Shown one piece after another: positions 1 to 9,767 of a DNA stretch of 42,131 nucleotides. The notes beneath the pieces were generated by a model. That model searched no databases. It was given only the letters and a program-made list of their open reading frames with translations, and was not told where the DNA came from. Positions within the stretch are counted from its first letter, which is position 1. Every line of letters starts with the position of its first letter. The DNA is from Pseudomonadota bacterium (lineage in GTDB: Bacteria > Pseudomonadota > Gammaproteobacteria > Tethybacterales > Persebacteraceae): NCBI GenBank assembly GCA_022600535.1, contig JAHZKE010000002.1, positions 1 to 42,131 on the forward strand, written 5' to 3'. The translations under genes were made by a program, and so were the position numbers.

Positions 1-702
1 GGGGCATTGCGCGTTGGTTTTTCAAGTTTTGTCCCGTGGGCAATGCGCAGCAAAGATGGCGAATTTATTGGCTTTGAAATAGATGTTGCTAAAGAAGTGG
101 CAAAAGATATGGGGGTTGAATTAGAATTAATCCCGACGGCATGGGATGGGATTATCCCGGCACTGTTGGCGAATAAATTTGATATTATTATCAGCGGTAT
201 GTATGTTACCCCGGCGCGTAATTTGCAGGTTAATTTTAGTATCCCTTACGATGAAAACGGTTTGGATATCGTGGCGAATCGCACATTGGCAGCGGGTTTT
301 GATAACATTGATGCTTTCAATAACAGCGAGATAACCTTTGCCTTGCGGCGTGGTTCTTATCCGGTCTCCTACACCAAAGAACGCTTGCCGGAAGCCAATA
401 TTGTGCAGTTTGATGACGATGCCACCGCGCGCTTGGAAGTGATTAATGGCAGAGCGCATGCGTGGATTACCGCCGCCCCGCAACCGCAATTTGCGGTGAT
501 TGATTATCCCGATGTATTGTTTAGACCGGTTGATCATTTGTTAACCATTAATAAACAGGGTATGGCATTACGTAAGGGCGATGCCGATGCACTTAACTTT
601 TTTGATAACTGGATTCGCGTTAAACAACAAAGCGGGTGGTTGCAAGAGCGCCACAATTACTGGTTTGGCGGGCGCGACTGGGCTGCACAGGCAGCGCAGT
701 AA
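1..702 (+). CDS. Polar amino acid ABC transporter substrate-binding protein (SBP family 3), 5'-truncated by window edge
   Basis: GEFIGFEIDVAKEVAKDMGV, WDGIIPALLANKFDIIISGM and R..QVNFS.PY motifs; frame open from position 1. Confidence 0.9.
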   Translation, partial: GALRVGFSSFVPWAMRSKDGEFIGFEIDVAKEVAKDMGVELELIPTAWDGIIPALLANKFDIIISGMYVTPARNLQVNFSIPYDENGLDIVANRTLAAGFDNIDAFNNSEITFALRRGSYPVSYTKERLPEANIVQFDDDATARLEVINGRAHAWITAAPQPQFAVIDYPDVLFRPVDHLLTINKQGMALRKGDADALNFFDNWIRVKQQSGWLQERHNYWFGGRDWAAQAAQ

Positions 703-723
703 TATCCTCAATGATGGTTCGGC

Positions 724-2103
724 ATGCCCGATCGCGACGACTATAAACTGCGCGTAGATGATTTATTGCGCCGTTACGATGACGCGGAAGCGCCCCCGAT
801 AGAAGAGACGCACTGGCGTCAATCTATGCAGGAAGCACTGAGCGGACTGCACGAAGCCGATATTGCCGATGTTTTAGAACGGGTGCCCTTAGAAGAGCGC
901 AAAGTACTGTGGCAGGTGATGCCGCTGGAATTAATCGGCGAGGTGCTGTCAGAAGTATCGGAGCCGCTATTAGACCAACTGATTGAACTCACCCCCACCG
1001 AAACAATGGCGGATGTGTTGCGCGAGATGGATAGCGATAATGTCGCCGCTTTGGTGCGCACATTGCCAAAAAGCCACGCGGTGCGTTTGATGCGGCTGGC
1101 AGGGTTGGCAGAAAATGCCGAAGTGCGCGCCAGTTTGTCGTTTGAAGAAGACACTGTCGGCGCGTTGATGGATTTTTTCCCTGTACTGGCGCGCGAAGAA
1201 GAAACGGTTGCCGAAATTTGTAATCGCTTACGCAAGATGGCAAATCTCCCCAGCCATTGCGATAAATTATTTATTGTGGATGATTGGGAACGTCTCGCCG
1301 GCGTGCTACCACTGAAACAATTATTAATAAGCCCCGCCGATGCGTGTGCGCGGGCGATTATGGTTGCCGATAATGTTTATAGTTTTGATGCCGATGATGG
1401 TATTGAAGAAGCGACCAGTGCCTTTGAGCGTTACGATTTAATCTCGGCACCGGTACTCAACGACCAACACAAAGTCATTGGGCGTTTAACCATTGATGAA
1501 TTGTTTGGCGAATTGCACGAAACCAATAGCCGTAAATTACTCAACAGCGCCGGCTTACAGGAAGAAGAAGATCTGTTCGCCTCAGTATTGCGGCGTTTTG
1601 GCAATCGCTGGCGCTGGTTGTTTATCAATCTAATTGCCGCTTTTTTTATTTCGCGGGTGGTCGGTCTTTTTGAAGCGACGATTATGGAACTGGTGGCATT
1701 GGCATCGCTGATGCCGATTGTCGCCGGCATGAGCGGTAATATCGGCAACCAAACCGCAACGCTAACCGTGCGCGCATTGGCATTGGGGCAAATTAATAGT
1801 GATAACTGGAATTCCATCATGCGCAACGAAGCATTGACGAGTATTTTAAACGGCGTGGTGTGGGGCGGGGCGGTGAGTGTGTTTTCTTTTTTCTTGTATG
1901 GACGGTTGGATTTATCTATCGTGCTGGCAGTGGCGATGACGTTATGTTTTTTATCGGGTGCGACCGCGGGCTTTGCCGTGCCGATTATTATGCAGCGCAT
2001 GGGGCGCGACCCCGCACTGGGAACCACCGTCGTCATTTCTGCCGTTACCGATACTTTAGGGTTTTTAATATTTTTAGGGATGGGGGCATTGTTCTTAACG
2101 TGA
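724..2103 (+). CDS. mgtE: Magnesium transporter MgtE
   Basis: Acidic N-terminal domain (ADIADVLE), CBS pair, C-terminal TM domain with GMSGNIGNQT and DPA motifs. Confidence 0.95.
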   Translation: MPDRDDYKLRVDDLLRRYDDAEAPPIEETHWRQSMQEALSGLHEADIADVLERVPLEERKVLWQVMPLELIGEVLSEVSEPLLDQLIELTPTETMADVLREMDSDNVAALVRTLPKSHAVRLMRLAGLAENAEVRASLSFEEDTVGALMDFFPVLAREEETVAEICNRLRKMANLPSHCDKLFIVDDWERLAGVLPLKQLLISPADACARAIMVADNVYSFDADDGIEEATSAFERYDLISAPVLNDQHKVIGRLTIDELFGELHETNSRKLLNSAGLQEEEDLFASVLRRFGNRWRWLFINLIAAFFISRVVGLFEATIMELVALASLMPIVAGMSGNIGNQTATLTVRALALGQINSDNWNSIMRNEALTSILNGVVWGGAVSVFSFFLYGRLDLSIVLAVAMTLCFLSGATAGFAVPIIMQRMGRDPALGTTVVISAVTDTLGFLIFLGMGALFLT

Positions 2104-2116
2104 TAATATTACCGCA

Positions 2117-2605
2117 ATGTCTAAAATGAGTTCTAAACTAAGCCACATTGATTCCCAAGGTGCCGCGAACATGGTGGATGTCGGCGATAAAGCCATCACA
2201 CGCCGCTGCGCACGGGCAAGTGGTGAAATTCAACTCACTGCCGCCACTTACGCCTTACTCAATGACGGCTCGCCCAAGGGCGATGTCTTTGCCGTTGCCC
2301 GTATCGCCGCCATTGCCGCGGCAAAACGCACACCCGAGTGGATTCCCCTATGCCATTTATTACCGTTGGAAAAAGTGCAAGTTGAATTTACCAATGATGA
2401 CCAACAGCGCTGTGTACACTGCACCGTAACAGTAATGGCGACTGCGAAAACGGGCGTTGAAATGGAAGCACTGGTAGGGGTAGGAGCGGCATTACTGACT
2501 TTATACGACATGCTGAAAGCCGCCGATAAAAGCATGGTGATTCAAAATGTGCGTTTATTAGAAAAGCACGGCGGTGCCAGTGGAGATTTTGTGCGCGATG
2601 CCTAA
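2117..2605 (+). CDS. moaC: Cyclic pyranopterin monophosphate synthase MoaC
   Basis: LSH...ANMVDV, KGDV, IPLCH and TGVEMEAL motifs. Confidence 0.97.
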   Translation: MSKMSSKLSHIDSQGAANMVDVGDKAITRRCARASGEIQLTAATYALLNDGSPKGDVFAVARIAAIAAAKRTPEWIPLCHLLPLEKVQVEFTNDDQQRCVHCTVTVMATAKTGVEMEALVGVGAALLTLYDMLKAADKSMVIQNVRLLEKHGGASGDFVRDA

Positions 2606-3671
2606 AACTACTCCCCCGTTGCCTCTGTTTAATCCCTATGCCGCCGCGGGCGTTGATATTGATGCCGGAAACCGTTTAGTACAACGCATTGCGCCATTGG
2701 CAGCAAAAACGCATAAAAATCTCCCCGAGGGTGTAAAAATATTAGGCGGAGTTGGTGGGTTTGGATCTGCTGTGGAAATCCCTGCGGGGATGAAAAAACC
2801 CGTATTATTGTCAGCAACCGATGGAGTCGGGAGCAAATTAGAATTAGCCAAACATCACGATGTACCGGAATGCATTGGGGTTGATGTTGTCGCCATGTGT
2901 GTGAACGATTTATTATGTGTAGGCGGCATGCCATTATGCTTTTTAGATTATATTGCTTGCGGTAAATTAAATGAAGATTTTATTACCAACGTTATTATTG
3001 GGATTCGTGATGCTTGTATAGAGAGTCATTGCGCGTTGGTCGGCGGCGAAACAGCAGAGATGCCCGGAGTGTATGATGCGCAAGGATTTGATATTGCAGG
3101 TTTTGCCGTTGGTATTGCCGAAAAAGAGGCGTTAATAGGACGTTCGGCGGAGGAGGGAGATGTATTGATTGCGTTGGCATCTAGCGGCGCACACAGTAAC
3201 GGTTATTCGTTAATTCGTAAAATATTGGCAGAACACCCCGAACTCGCGCAACAAGAGATTGAGGGTAAAACCGTGTTGGAGCGTTTGTTGGTACCAACGC
3301 GTTTATATTGTCGGACGATTAAAAAATTACGCGAAGATGTTAATTTGCGCGGTTTGGCGCACATTACCGGTGGTGGACTTCGCGAAAATTTAACACGGGT
3401 GTTGCCCGATAATACGAAAGCCCAAATTGATTGGGATACTTTACCTTTGCCACCGTTGTTTAAAAAACTACAGCAAGCAGGTAACATTACTGAACTTGAT
3501 ATGCGGCGTATTTTTAACTGCGGTGTTGGCATGGTAGCGGTTGTTGCAGCGGCAGAAGAAAAGCAGGCATTAAAACTATTAAACGAACCAGATACACAAC
3601 ATACACCAGCACCATCAACCGAAGCAGGCGAACAACGTGCTTGGACGATAGGCAAAGTAGCTGCCGCTTAA
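2598..3671 (+). CDS. purM: Phosphoribosylformylglycinamidine cyclo-ligase PurM
   Basis: YAAAGVDIDAG, TDGVGSKL, GGETAEMP, HSNGYSL, AHITGGG, FNCGVG; ATG at 2598 preferred to GTG at 2574. Confidence 0.97.
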   Translation: MPKTTPPLPLFNPYAAAGVDIDAGNRLVQRIAPLAAKTHKNLPEGVKILGGVGGFGSAVEIPAGMKKPVLLSATDGVGSKLELAKHHDVPECIGVDVVAMCVNDLLCVGGMPLCFLDYIACGKLNEDFITNVIIGIRDACIESHCALVGGETAEMPGVYDAQGFDIAGFAVGIAEKEALIGRSAEEGDVLIALASSGAHSNGYSLIRKILAEHPELAQQEIEGKTVLERLLVPTRLYCRTIKKLREDVNLRGLAHITGGGLRENLTRVLPDNTKAQIDWDTLPLPPLFKKLQQAGNITELDMRRIFNCGVGMVAVVAAAEEKQALKLLNEPDTQHTPAPSTEAGEQRAWTIGKVAAA

Positions 3672-3675
3672 TATA

Positions 3676-4236
3676 ATGGCAAATGGCTTAGTAGTATTAA
3701 TTTCTGGACGCGGGAGCAACTTACAAGCAATTTTAGAGTCACCCTTAGGGGAACAAGTGGTCGCAGTCATTAGCGATCATCCAGATGCAGCCGGATTAGC
3801 AATTGCCCGCACTCATAATAAACCCGTAGCGGTGTGTTGTGCGAACACTCCAACAGAAGTAGAAGAACAATTGTTACAAACCCTCGCTCAGTATCAACCT
3901 GCCCTCATTGCACTGGCAGGATTTATGCGGATATTAAGTCCTCGTTTTTTAGCCGCCTGTTGTGCGCCACTGGTCAATATTCACCCGTCATTACTGCCCG
4001 CATTTCGCGGTTTAAATACACATCGGCGTGTGTTGGCAGCAGGCGAACGTGAACACGGTTGTAGCATCCACTGGGTGACGGCAGAGCTGGATGGGGGGGC
4101 AGTCATTGCTTGTGAAAAACTTACTGTGAGCAACGACGACGATGAAGAAAGTTTGGCAAATAGAGTATTGGCGATAGAACACCGCTTGTATCCGCGTATA
4201 CTGGTACAATTATTAAACAATAAGAAAGAACAATGA
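3676..4236 (+). CDS. purN: Phosphoribosylglycinamide formyltransferase PurN
   Basis: ISGRGSNLQAI, LAGFMRIL, NIHPSLLP.F.G, GCSIHWV; follows purM. Confidence 0.97.
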   Translation: MANGLVVLISGRGSNLQAILESPLGEQVVAVISDHPDAAGLAIARTHNKPVAVCCANTPTEVEEQLLQTLAQYQPALIALAGFMRILSPRFLAACCAPLVNIHPSLLPAFRGLNTHRRVLAAGEREHGCSIHWVTAELDGGAVIACEKLTVSNDDDEESLANRVLAIEHRLYPRILVQLLNNKKEQ

Positions 4237-4898
4237 TGATACTTTTTCGTACACTTTTATTTGCGGTTGCTGTTTTGTTGCCCGCGGCGGCGGAGAAGCA
4301 AGCGGTATTAACAATGGAGATGTATTACGGCGATACTAAAATTGCCGATGTCCGCGACCAGCTGCAAATTGGCGCCGACCATTATGAAATTAACAGCACG
4401 GCAGCTGCGGTTGGTTTGGCAAAAATACTGCACGGCGATTCTTCTTTTTTCAGTAGTGGCGAAGTGGATTCTACCCACGGGTTACTCATGACCGTATATC
4501 AAGGCAACCGCGGACGGCGCGACCCGCAACAAGCCGTGCGCATGGGCGATCAATTACAATTACAACGCGGCGAGGAAACAAGAACCGAGCAGCTGAGCGA
4601 ACCACTGTTTGATTATCTGAGTGCAATTTATCGCTCGTACGCATTGGGAACTGTCGCCATCGGGAAACTTAAATTTACCAATGGTTGGCGCTTGCGAGAT
4701 TATGACTATGTGATAGAAGGGGAAGAAACGGTGATGACCGGCATGGGAGAAATAGCAACAGTGGTGATTCTCCGTGATAGCGAGCGCGGGGCGCGCAGAA
4801 TATGGCTGGCGCCCTCTTTGGATTATTTACCCGTGCGCCTATATGTTGACGAAAAAGGGCACGAATTTACGATGATTGTGCAGTCGGTAGAAAAATAG
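4233..4898 (+). CDS. Exported DUF3108-like protein
   Basis: Signal peptide; C-terminal IWLAPSLDYLPVRL typical of DUF3108; purM-purN-DUF3108 order. Confidence 0.7.
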   Translation: MMILFRTLLFAVAVLLPAAAEKQAVLTMEMYYGDTKIADVRDQLQIGADHYEINSTAAAVGLAKILHGDSSFFSSGEVDSTHGLLMTVYQGNRGRRDPQQAVRMGDQLQLQRGEETRTEQLSEPLFDYLSAIYRSYALGTVAIGKLKFTNGWRLRDYDYVIEGEETVMTGMGEIATVVILRDSERGARRIWLAPSLDYLPVRLYVDEKGHEFTMIVQSVEK

Positions 4899-4910
4899 TG
4901 GTTAAAAATG

Positions 4911-4923
4911 TGTGCAATGCACA
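4911..4923. promoter_or_regulatory. Candidate PhaR operator (TGTGCA-A-TGCACA)
   Basis: Perfect inverted repeat with TGC-N3-GCA core upstream of the phasin; phaR present in window. Confidence 0.55.
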
Positions 4924-5080
4924 ATAAAAATAGAAAAAAGTGTGAAAAAAACACAAAAAAGTAAAAAATTTTCCAACTTTTTGAATAAAAATTTTAGTCA
5001 AATAAACTATTGTTAATACATCTATTATTATTTTATTGACATCATCTTATACCATTTTTTAATAAAAACAACGTTACTTT

Positions 5081-5097
5081 TTGCTGCGGTGCAATAA
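5081..5097. promoter_or_regulatory. Candidate PhaR operator (TTGCTGC-GGT-GCAATAA)
   Basis: TGC-N3-GCA imperfect palindrome directly upstream of the -35 box of the phasin promoter. Confidence 0.65.
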
Positions 5098-5103
5098 AAA
5101 CCC

Positions 5104-5132
5104 TTGAAAATGGTGTTTCCCTGCGCTATAAT
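5104..5132 (+). promoter_or_regulatory. Sigma70 promoter of phasin gene
   Basis: TTGAAA (5104-5109), 17 nt, TATAAT (5127-5132); SD GAGGA at 5180-5184. Confidence 0.75.
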
Positions 5133-5192
5133 ATTACTAATTCGTCGCATTCAACCCTGATACGACTTTCACAACCTTTGAGGAACATTGCT

Positions 5193-5729
5193 ATGACCAA
5201 CTTATACAACACCAAACAAACTCAAGAATCTTGGGATTTCTTTAACGAAGCCGCCAAGTCCTCCATTAACGATTCCGTTACCTTGTGGGAACAAAATGTC
5301 GCTTTTGTGCGGGCAAACATGGAGCGTAATGTTTCGCGTTTGTTTTCTTTGCCGAAGTTTTCTTCTGCCGAAGAAGCATTGAGCTTTCAAAAAGAAACCA
5401 GCGAAACGGAACTTTCCGAATTGCAAAAAGCCGGGCAAACTTACTACGCATTAGCAAGTAACGCCGGTCAGAATTTCTTATCGGTCGCACAAAAAGGGCG
5501 CACCTTGGTAGAAAATTCTTTCAGCGAAGCGCTTGAGCAATCCACTCAGTTATTCCCGAATCAAAAAACTGCAGAGTTTTCTGATGTGGTGCGTAATTCG
5601 GTGCAAACCGCCAATGACTTCTTCCAGAAGAATTTTGATGTTGCGGTGCAAGCAACACGTGCAGGTGCTGACAATGTTGTCAATAGCCAGCCGGTTGTCG
5701 CCAGCAAGAAAAAAGCAAGCAAAAAGTAA
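5193..5729 (+). CDS. phaP: Phasin-like PHA granule-associated protein
   Basis: Helical Ala/Gln/Glu-rich protein of about 178 aa with Lys-rich tail; SD before ATG 5193; PhaR-type boxes upstream; divergent, so the call leans on context. Confidence 0.7.
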   Translation: MTNLYNTKQTQESWDFFNEAAKSSINDSVTLWEQNVAFVRANMERNVSRLFSLPKFSSAEEALSFQKETSETELSELQKAGQTYYALASNAGQNFLSVAQKGRTLVENSFSEALEQSTQLFPNQKTAEFSDVVRNSVQTANDFFQKNFDVAVQATRAGADNVVNSQPVVASKKKASKK

Positions 5730-5759
5730 TCCTTTTTTCTCTTTATAAAGACCGCCAAT

Positions 5760-5900
5760 TTATTCTCTCTCCTTAGGCGGCGGTTTTTCAGGCGCGGTGT
5801 TATTAACACCGCGCTTTTTTTTTGCCGGTAACGCCACCCATAAAACAATCCCCACCAACAGCGCCAGTGCAACCAGAGCTTCTAAAATAAGCCAAATCAT
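5760..5900 (-). CDS. Small single-pass membrane protein, 46 aa (not in ORF track)
   Basis: Manual translation MIWLILEALVALALLVGIVLWVALPAKKKRGVNNTAPEKPPPKERE*; TM helix followed by KKKR; 33 nt downstream of the Mth938 gene on the same strand. Confidence 0.65.
   Translation of the reverse strand: MIWLILEALVALALLVGIVLWVALPAKKKRGVNNTAPEKPPPKERE
5792..5823 (+). terminator. Intrinsic terminator after phasin
   Basis: GCGCGGTGTT-ATT-AACACCGCGC hairpin followed by T9. Confidence 0.8.
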
Positions 5901-5933
5901 GGGGCGAATCTAACGGGCGGCACGCGGCAGTAT

Positions 5934-6317
5934 TTAAACATTCGCTTCCAGCACTAATAATGCCATCACCAAGCGCCCATCGGCATTGAGAAAATTGTAA
6001 GTGCGACACGCAGCAGAAAGCGACATAATATCTAAAGTCGCCCCCTTGTTGATAAAAGGAGCTTGCCATTGCGGTTGAATCGGCGGCGATTTTGCCCCGC
6101 CGCCGAGTAAAACAATCATCCCCTGACTGCTGTATTCCGCTGCCGCTTCTAATTGCGCCAGTGTGATGTTGTCAATCCCCACAGGTTGCCAAGCGGTAAT
6201 CAACGAATCGGGGCGGATGATTAAACTCGTGCTGTGGGCATCGCCATTGATATAAACGGTGTTATCGCGGCAAGCGGTAATACGGTTTCCGGCGCTGTTG
6301 GTGAGGTGCATTTTCAT
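5934..6317 (-). CDS. Mth938-like domain protein (DUF498)
   Basis: IVLLGGG and IMSLSAACRTYNFLNADGRLV.ALL signature. Confidence 0.9.
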   Translation of the reverse strand: MKMHLTNSAGNRITACRDNTVYINGDAHSTSLIIRPDSLITAWQPVGIDNITLAQLEAAAEYSSQGMIVLLGGGAKSPPIQPQWQAPFINKGATLDIMSLSAACRTYNFLNADGRLVMALLVLEANV

Positions 6318-6405
6318 CGGTTTGCCTTGTTGTTTTGGTGGTTATATATCGGGGCGGTTATTGCTATAATTCCCTATTTTAACCGCAGATAGCATAAATA
6401 TATAA

Positions 6406-7752
6406 ATGTCTTCCGATTTTAGCAGTTCTCATTCTTCTCCTGCACTTGGCATCGCACTGATTGGAGCAGGTGTTGTCGGCGGCGGGGTGTTGGATATTCT
6501 CAAACAACAGCAACATTTATTGCAACAACGTTGCGGTCATATCCTAAACATCACCGCCGTTGTCAAGCGCGATTTAACCTTAGATGAACGCTTAACTCCT
6601 TATCGCGATTTATTGAGTAACGATTGGCGCAGTGCAGTCGCCAATCCGCAAACCGATATTGTGGTGGAACTCATCGGCGGTTGTACCACCGCTGCCGAAT
6701 GTATCCGCGCCGCTCTTGCCGCGGGAAAACCCGTCGTTACCGCCAATAAAGCGCTGTTAGCCGAAACAAGCAATACCGCCGATGATATTCTTGCTTATGC
6801 GGCAACACAATCATTACCGATTGCACACGAAGCGGCGATTGCCGGGTGCATCCCCGTAGTTAAAACCTTGCGCGAATCATTAGCCGGGGACTCGGTGCAA
6901 GCGATGTATGGCGTCATTAATGGCACTTGTAACTACATCTTAACCGCGATGGAAGCAGAACAAAGCACCTTTGCGGCAGCATTGGAAAAAGCGCAAGCAT
7001 TAGGATACGCCGAAGCCGCCCCCGCATTTGATATAGACGGCGTTGATACGGCGCATAAATTACTTTTAATGACGCGGATTGCCTTCGGTTGTCATGTTTG
7101 TATGGCAGATATTCCGTTGATAGGAATCCGCGATTTAGATTATTGCGATATTGTCTATGCCCGACAATTTAACTACCGCATTAAATTATTAGCAGTCGCC
7201 AAACGGGTCGCAAATGGTACAGCAAACGGACCCGTAGAATTGCGCGTGCGTCCGGCAATGGTCCCCGCAGCGCACATCATGGCATCGTTAGAAGGTGCTC
7301 TGAATGCCGTTACCATTCATTCGCAATTTTCCGGCGAAACCCTCTATTCTGGCGCCGGTGCCGGAGCGCATCCCACCGCTACCGCCGTCGTTGCCGATAT
7401 TGTTGATATCGCCCGACGCTATAAAGACAAACGTTATCAATCTAACAACGGCGGCGATAGCATTGCCGACAATTCGCTTACATTGCAGCAACATTTTTCT
7501 ACTCCTTTTTATTTGCGCGTGCGCGTGTTAGATAAACCCGGCGTCATCGCCGACATCGCGCAGATATTAGCCAAGCAAAATATTTCAATAGAAGCCATCA
7601 ATCAAGAAGCCATCGCGGTAGATACCGTTGATTTAATCATCCTGTTACACGAAAGCGAAGACGCAAAAGTAGAAGCAAGCATTGCCGCCATCATGCAACT
7701 CGCTGCCGTCACCCAACCCGTTGTCGCCCTGCCAATAGAGCGGTTAAATTAA
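6406..7752 (+). CDS. hom: Homoserine dehydrogenase with ACT domain
   Basis: GAGVVGGG, VVELIGG, VVTANKAL, NGTCNYIL, GAGAGAHPTA, C-terminal DKPGVIA ACT; TGCTATAAT at 6362-6370 upstream. Confidence 0.96.
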   Translation: MSSDFSSSHSSPALGIALIGAGVVGGGVLDILKQQQHLLQQRCGHILNITAVVKRDLTLDERLTPYRDLLSNDWRSAVANPQTDIVVELIGGCTTAAECIRAALAAGKPVVTANKALLAETSNTADDILAYAATQSLPIAHEAAIAGCIPVVKTLRESLAGDSVQAMYGVINGTCNYILTAMEAEQSTFAAALEKAQALGYAEAAPAFDIDGVDTAHKLLLMTRIAFGCHVCMADIPLIGIRDLDYCDIVYARQFNYRIKLLAVAKRVANGTANGPVELRVRPAMVPAAHIMASLEGALNAVTIHSQFSGETLYSGAGAGAHPTATAVVADIVDIARRYKDKRYQSNNGGDSIADNSLTLQQHFSTPFYLRVRVLDKPGVIADIAQILAKQNISIEAINQEAIAVDTVDLIILLHESEDAKVEASIAAIMQLAAVTQPVVALPIERLN

Positions 7753-8873
7753 TGCGTGGTCTCCTACATCGTTACGCCGACCGTCTGCCGCAAATAGGAG
7801 CGGATAGCAAACAATACGCCGCCTTATCGTTAGGGGAAGGTTCAACGCCGTTAATTCCGTTGCTCAATTTACCGCAAGCGATGGGCGTTGCCAATATTAA
7901 CCTGTGGGTCAAATACGAAGGGCTCAACCCAACCGCTTCTTTCAAAGATCGCGGCATGGCAATCGCCGTTGCCGCCGCGGCAGCAGATAACATCTCTTGC
8001 GTGATTTGCGCCTCTACCGGCAATACCTCGGCATCCGCCGCCGCGTATGCCGCGCGTGCGGGGATGGCCTGTTTAGTATTAATCCCACAGGGTAAAGTCG
8101 CATTGGGTAAAATCGCCCAAGCCGTCGCCCACAATGCCGTGATCGTGCAAATAGACGGCAACTTTGACGATGCCATGCGAGCCGTGCGGGTTTATAGCGA
8201 CAGCGGCAAAGTTGCCGTTGTCAATTCAATTAACCCGATGCGTTTGCAAGGGCAAAAAACCGCTGCTTTTGAAGTGATTGAAACCTTAGGAAGCGCGCCC
8301 GATTACCATGCCTTGCCCGTTGGCAACGCCGGTAATATCACTGCCCATTGGATTGGTTACAGCGAAGCCGCCAGCAGCGGCACTGCCGCCTGTCATTATT
8401 GTCAGGGCAACTGCACCACATGCCAACCAATTGCCGGCGGCGAAAAACGCCCACAGATGTTGGGCTATCAAGCCGCCGGTTCGGCGCCATTCGTCAACGG
8501 CAACCCCGTCGCCAATCCCGATACCGTTGCGACCGCAATTCGCATCGGTAACCCGCAATCATACGAGGCAGCACAAGTCGTACTGGCAGAATCAAACGGT
8601 TGGATTAGTGCAGTAGAAGACAGTGATATTTTACAAACCCAGCGCCAATTAGCAGCATTAGAAGGCGTATTTTGCGAACCCGCTTCTGCCGCTTCGCTCG
8701 CCGGTGTTATTAACGATGTCAAAAGCGGGCGCATTCCCGCCGGTGCGCGAGTGGTATGCACCCTCACCGGACACGGCTTAAAAGAACCCGATTTATTTCC
8801 GTTGCCGGCGCTTGCCAGTACTGCCGTTGGCGATTTAGCCGCCGTCATTGAGCAGCACCTCAACAACAGATAA
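7752..8873 (+). CDS. thrC: Threonine synthase (short type)
   Basis: KYEGLNPTASFKDRG, CASTGNTSASAAAY, PVGNAGN, EPASAAS, LTGHGLK; coupled to hom. Confidence 0.96.
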   Translation: MRGLLHRYADRLPQIGADSKQYAALSLGEGSTPLIPLLNLPQAMGVANINLWVKYEGLNPTASFKDRGMAIAVAAAAADNISCVICASTGNTSASAAAYAARAGMACLVLIPQGKVALGKIAQAVAHNAVIVQIDGNFDDAMRAVRVYSDSGKVAVVNSINPMRLQGQKTAAFEVIETLGSAPDYHALPVGNAGNITAHWIGYSEAASSGTAACHYCQGNCTTCQPIAGGEKRPQMLGYQAAGSAPFVNGNPVANPDTVATAIRIGNPQSYEAAQVVLAESNGWISAVEDSDILQTQRQLAALEGVFCEPASAASLAGVINDVKSGRIPAGARVVCTLTGHGLKEPDLFPLPALASTAVGDLAAVIEQHLNNR

Positions 8874-8877
8874 AACC

Positions 8878-9738
8878 GTGCCGACAGAAAAAAACGAATC
8901 GTTGGCGGCAATCGCCGCGACGTTAGCACGGATAGAACAACAACTCGGGCAACATTTTTCTCATCCCAGCGCGCAATCCTTAGCCAGCGGGCATTGCTGG
9001 CGTTGGCAGGTAACCTCCTTTGGCGGTAAACTCATCCCACTGCCCACTCCCACCACCGTTGCCCTACACGATTTAATCGGTTTAGAAGAAAACATTGCCA
9101 TCATAGACAAAAACACGCGCCAATTTATCGCCGGTTGCGAAGCAAACCACGCCTTACTCACCGGCGGGCGCGGTTGCGGTAAATCTACCCTTATCCGCGG
9201 TTTATTTAGCAAATATCAACGGCGCGGTTTGCGCCTCATTGAGACCGACGCCGCAGGGTTAGCGCAATTATCAATGTTGCAACCCTTGTTGGCGGGGCGC
9301 GAAGAAAAATATATTTTATACTGCGATGATTTATCCTTTCGCGAGAGCGATCAATTATTCAACCGTATTAAAAGCGCAATGGATGGCGCCCTGACCTCTG
9401 CCAGCAACATGCTGATTTATGCCACTTCCAACCGGCGTAATTTAGTTGCCGAAAAATATAGTGATAACCTATCGCCACTCACCGCCAGCGAAGACGACAT
9501 TCAACCCTTAGAAACGCTAGACGAAAAAATTGCCCTGAGCGATCGTTTTGGAATATGGCTCTCGTTTTACGCCCCCGATGCCGAGCACTACGACCATATT
9601 GTGCGGCATTGGTTGGCGCATTTTAAAATTAAACCCACCGATGTACTGATACAACAAGCGCGTAATTTTGCCGACCAACGCGGCTCCCGCAACGGTCGCA
9701 TCGCCCGCCAATTTGCGGTATTGCAAATTAAGCGTTAA
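8878..9738 (+). CDS. DUF815 family AAA+ ATPase
   Basis: GGRGCGKS Walker A, ILYCDDLSF, YATSNRR, EKIALSDRFG, GSRNGRIARQF; GTG start at 8878 assumed. Confidence 0.9.
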   Translation: MPTEKNESLAAIAATLARIEQQLGQHFSHPSAQSLASGHCWRWQVTSFGGKLIPLPTPTTVALHDLIGLEENIAIIDKNTRQFIAGCEANHALLTGGRGCGKSTLIRGLFSKYQRRGLRLIETDAAGLAQLSMLQPLLAGREEKYILYCDDLSFRESDQLFNRIKSAMDGALTSASNMLIYATSNRRNLVAEKYSDNLSPLTASEDDIQPLETLDEKIALSDRFGIWLSFYAPDAEHYDHIVRHWLAHFKIKPTDVLIQQARNFADQRGSRNGRIARQFAVLQIKR

Positions 9739-9767
9739 CCGAATTGGACTATTCGCGGAGTGGGGTA

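Noticed and set aside
3580-3671. Short Pro/Thr-rich insert near the PurM C-terminus
   Set aside because: All catalytic motifs are intact and such loop variation is common; no repeat origin visible.
5561-6069. Minus-strand ORFs 5561-5872 and 5803-6069
   Set aside because: Overlap real genes in other frames and lack protein-like character; the 5760-5900 frame explains the region better.
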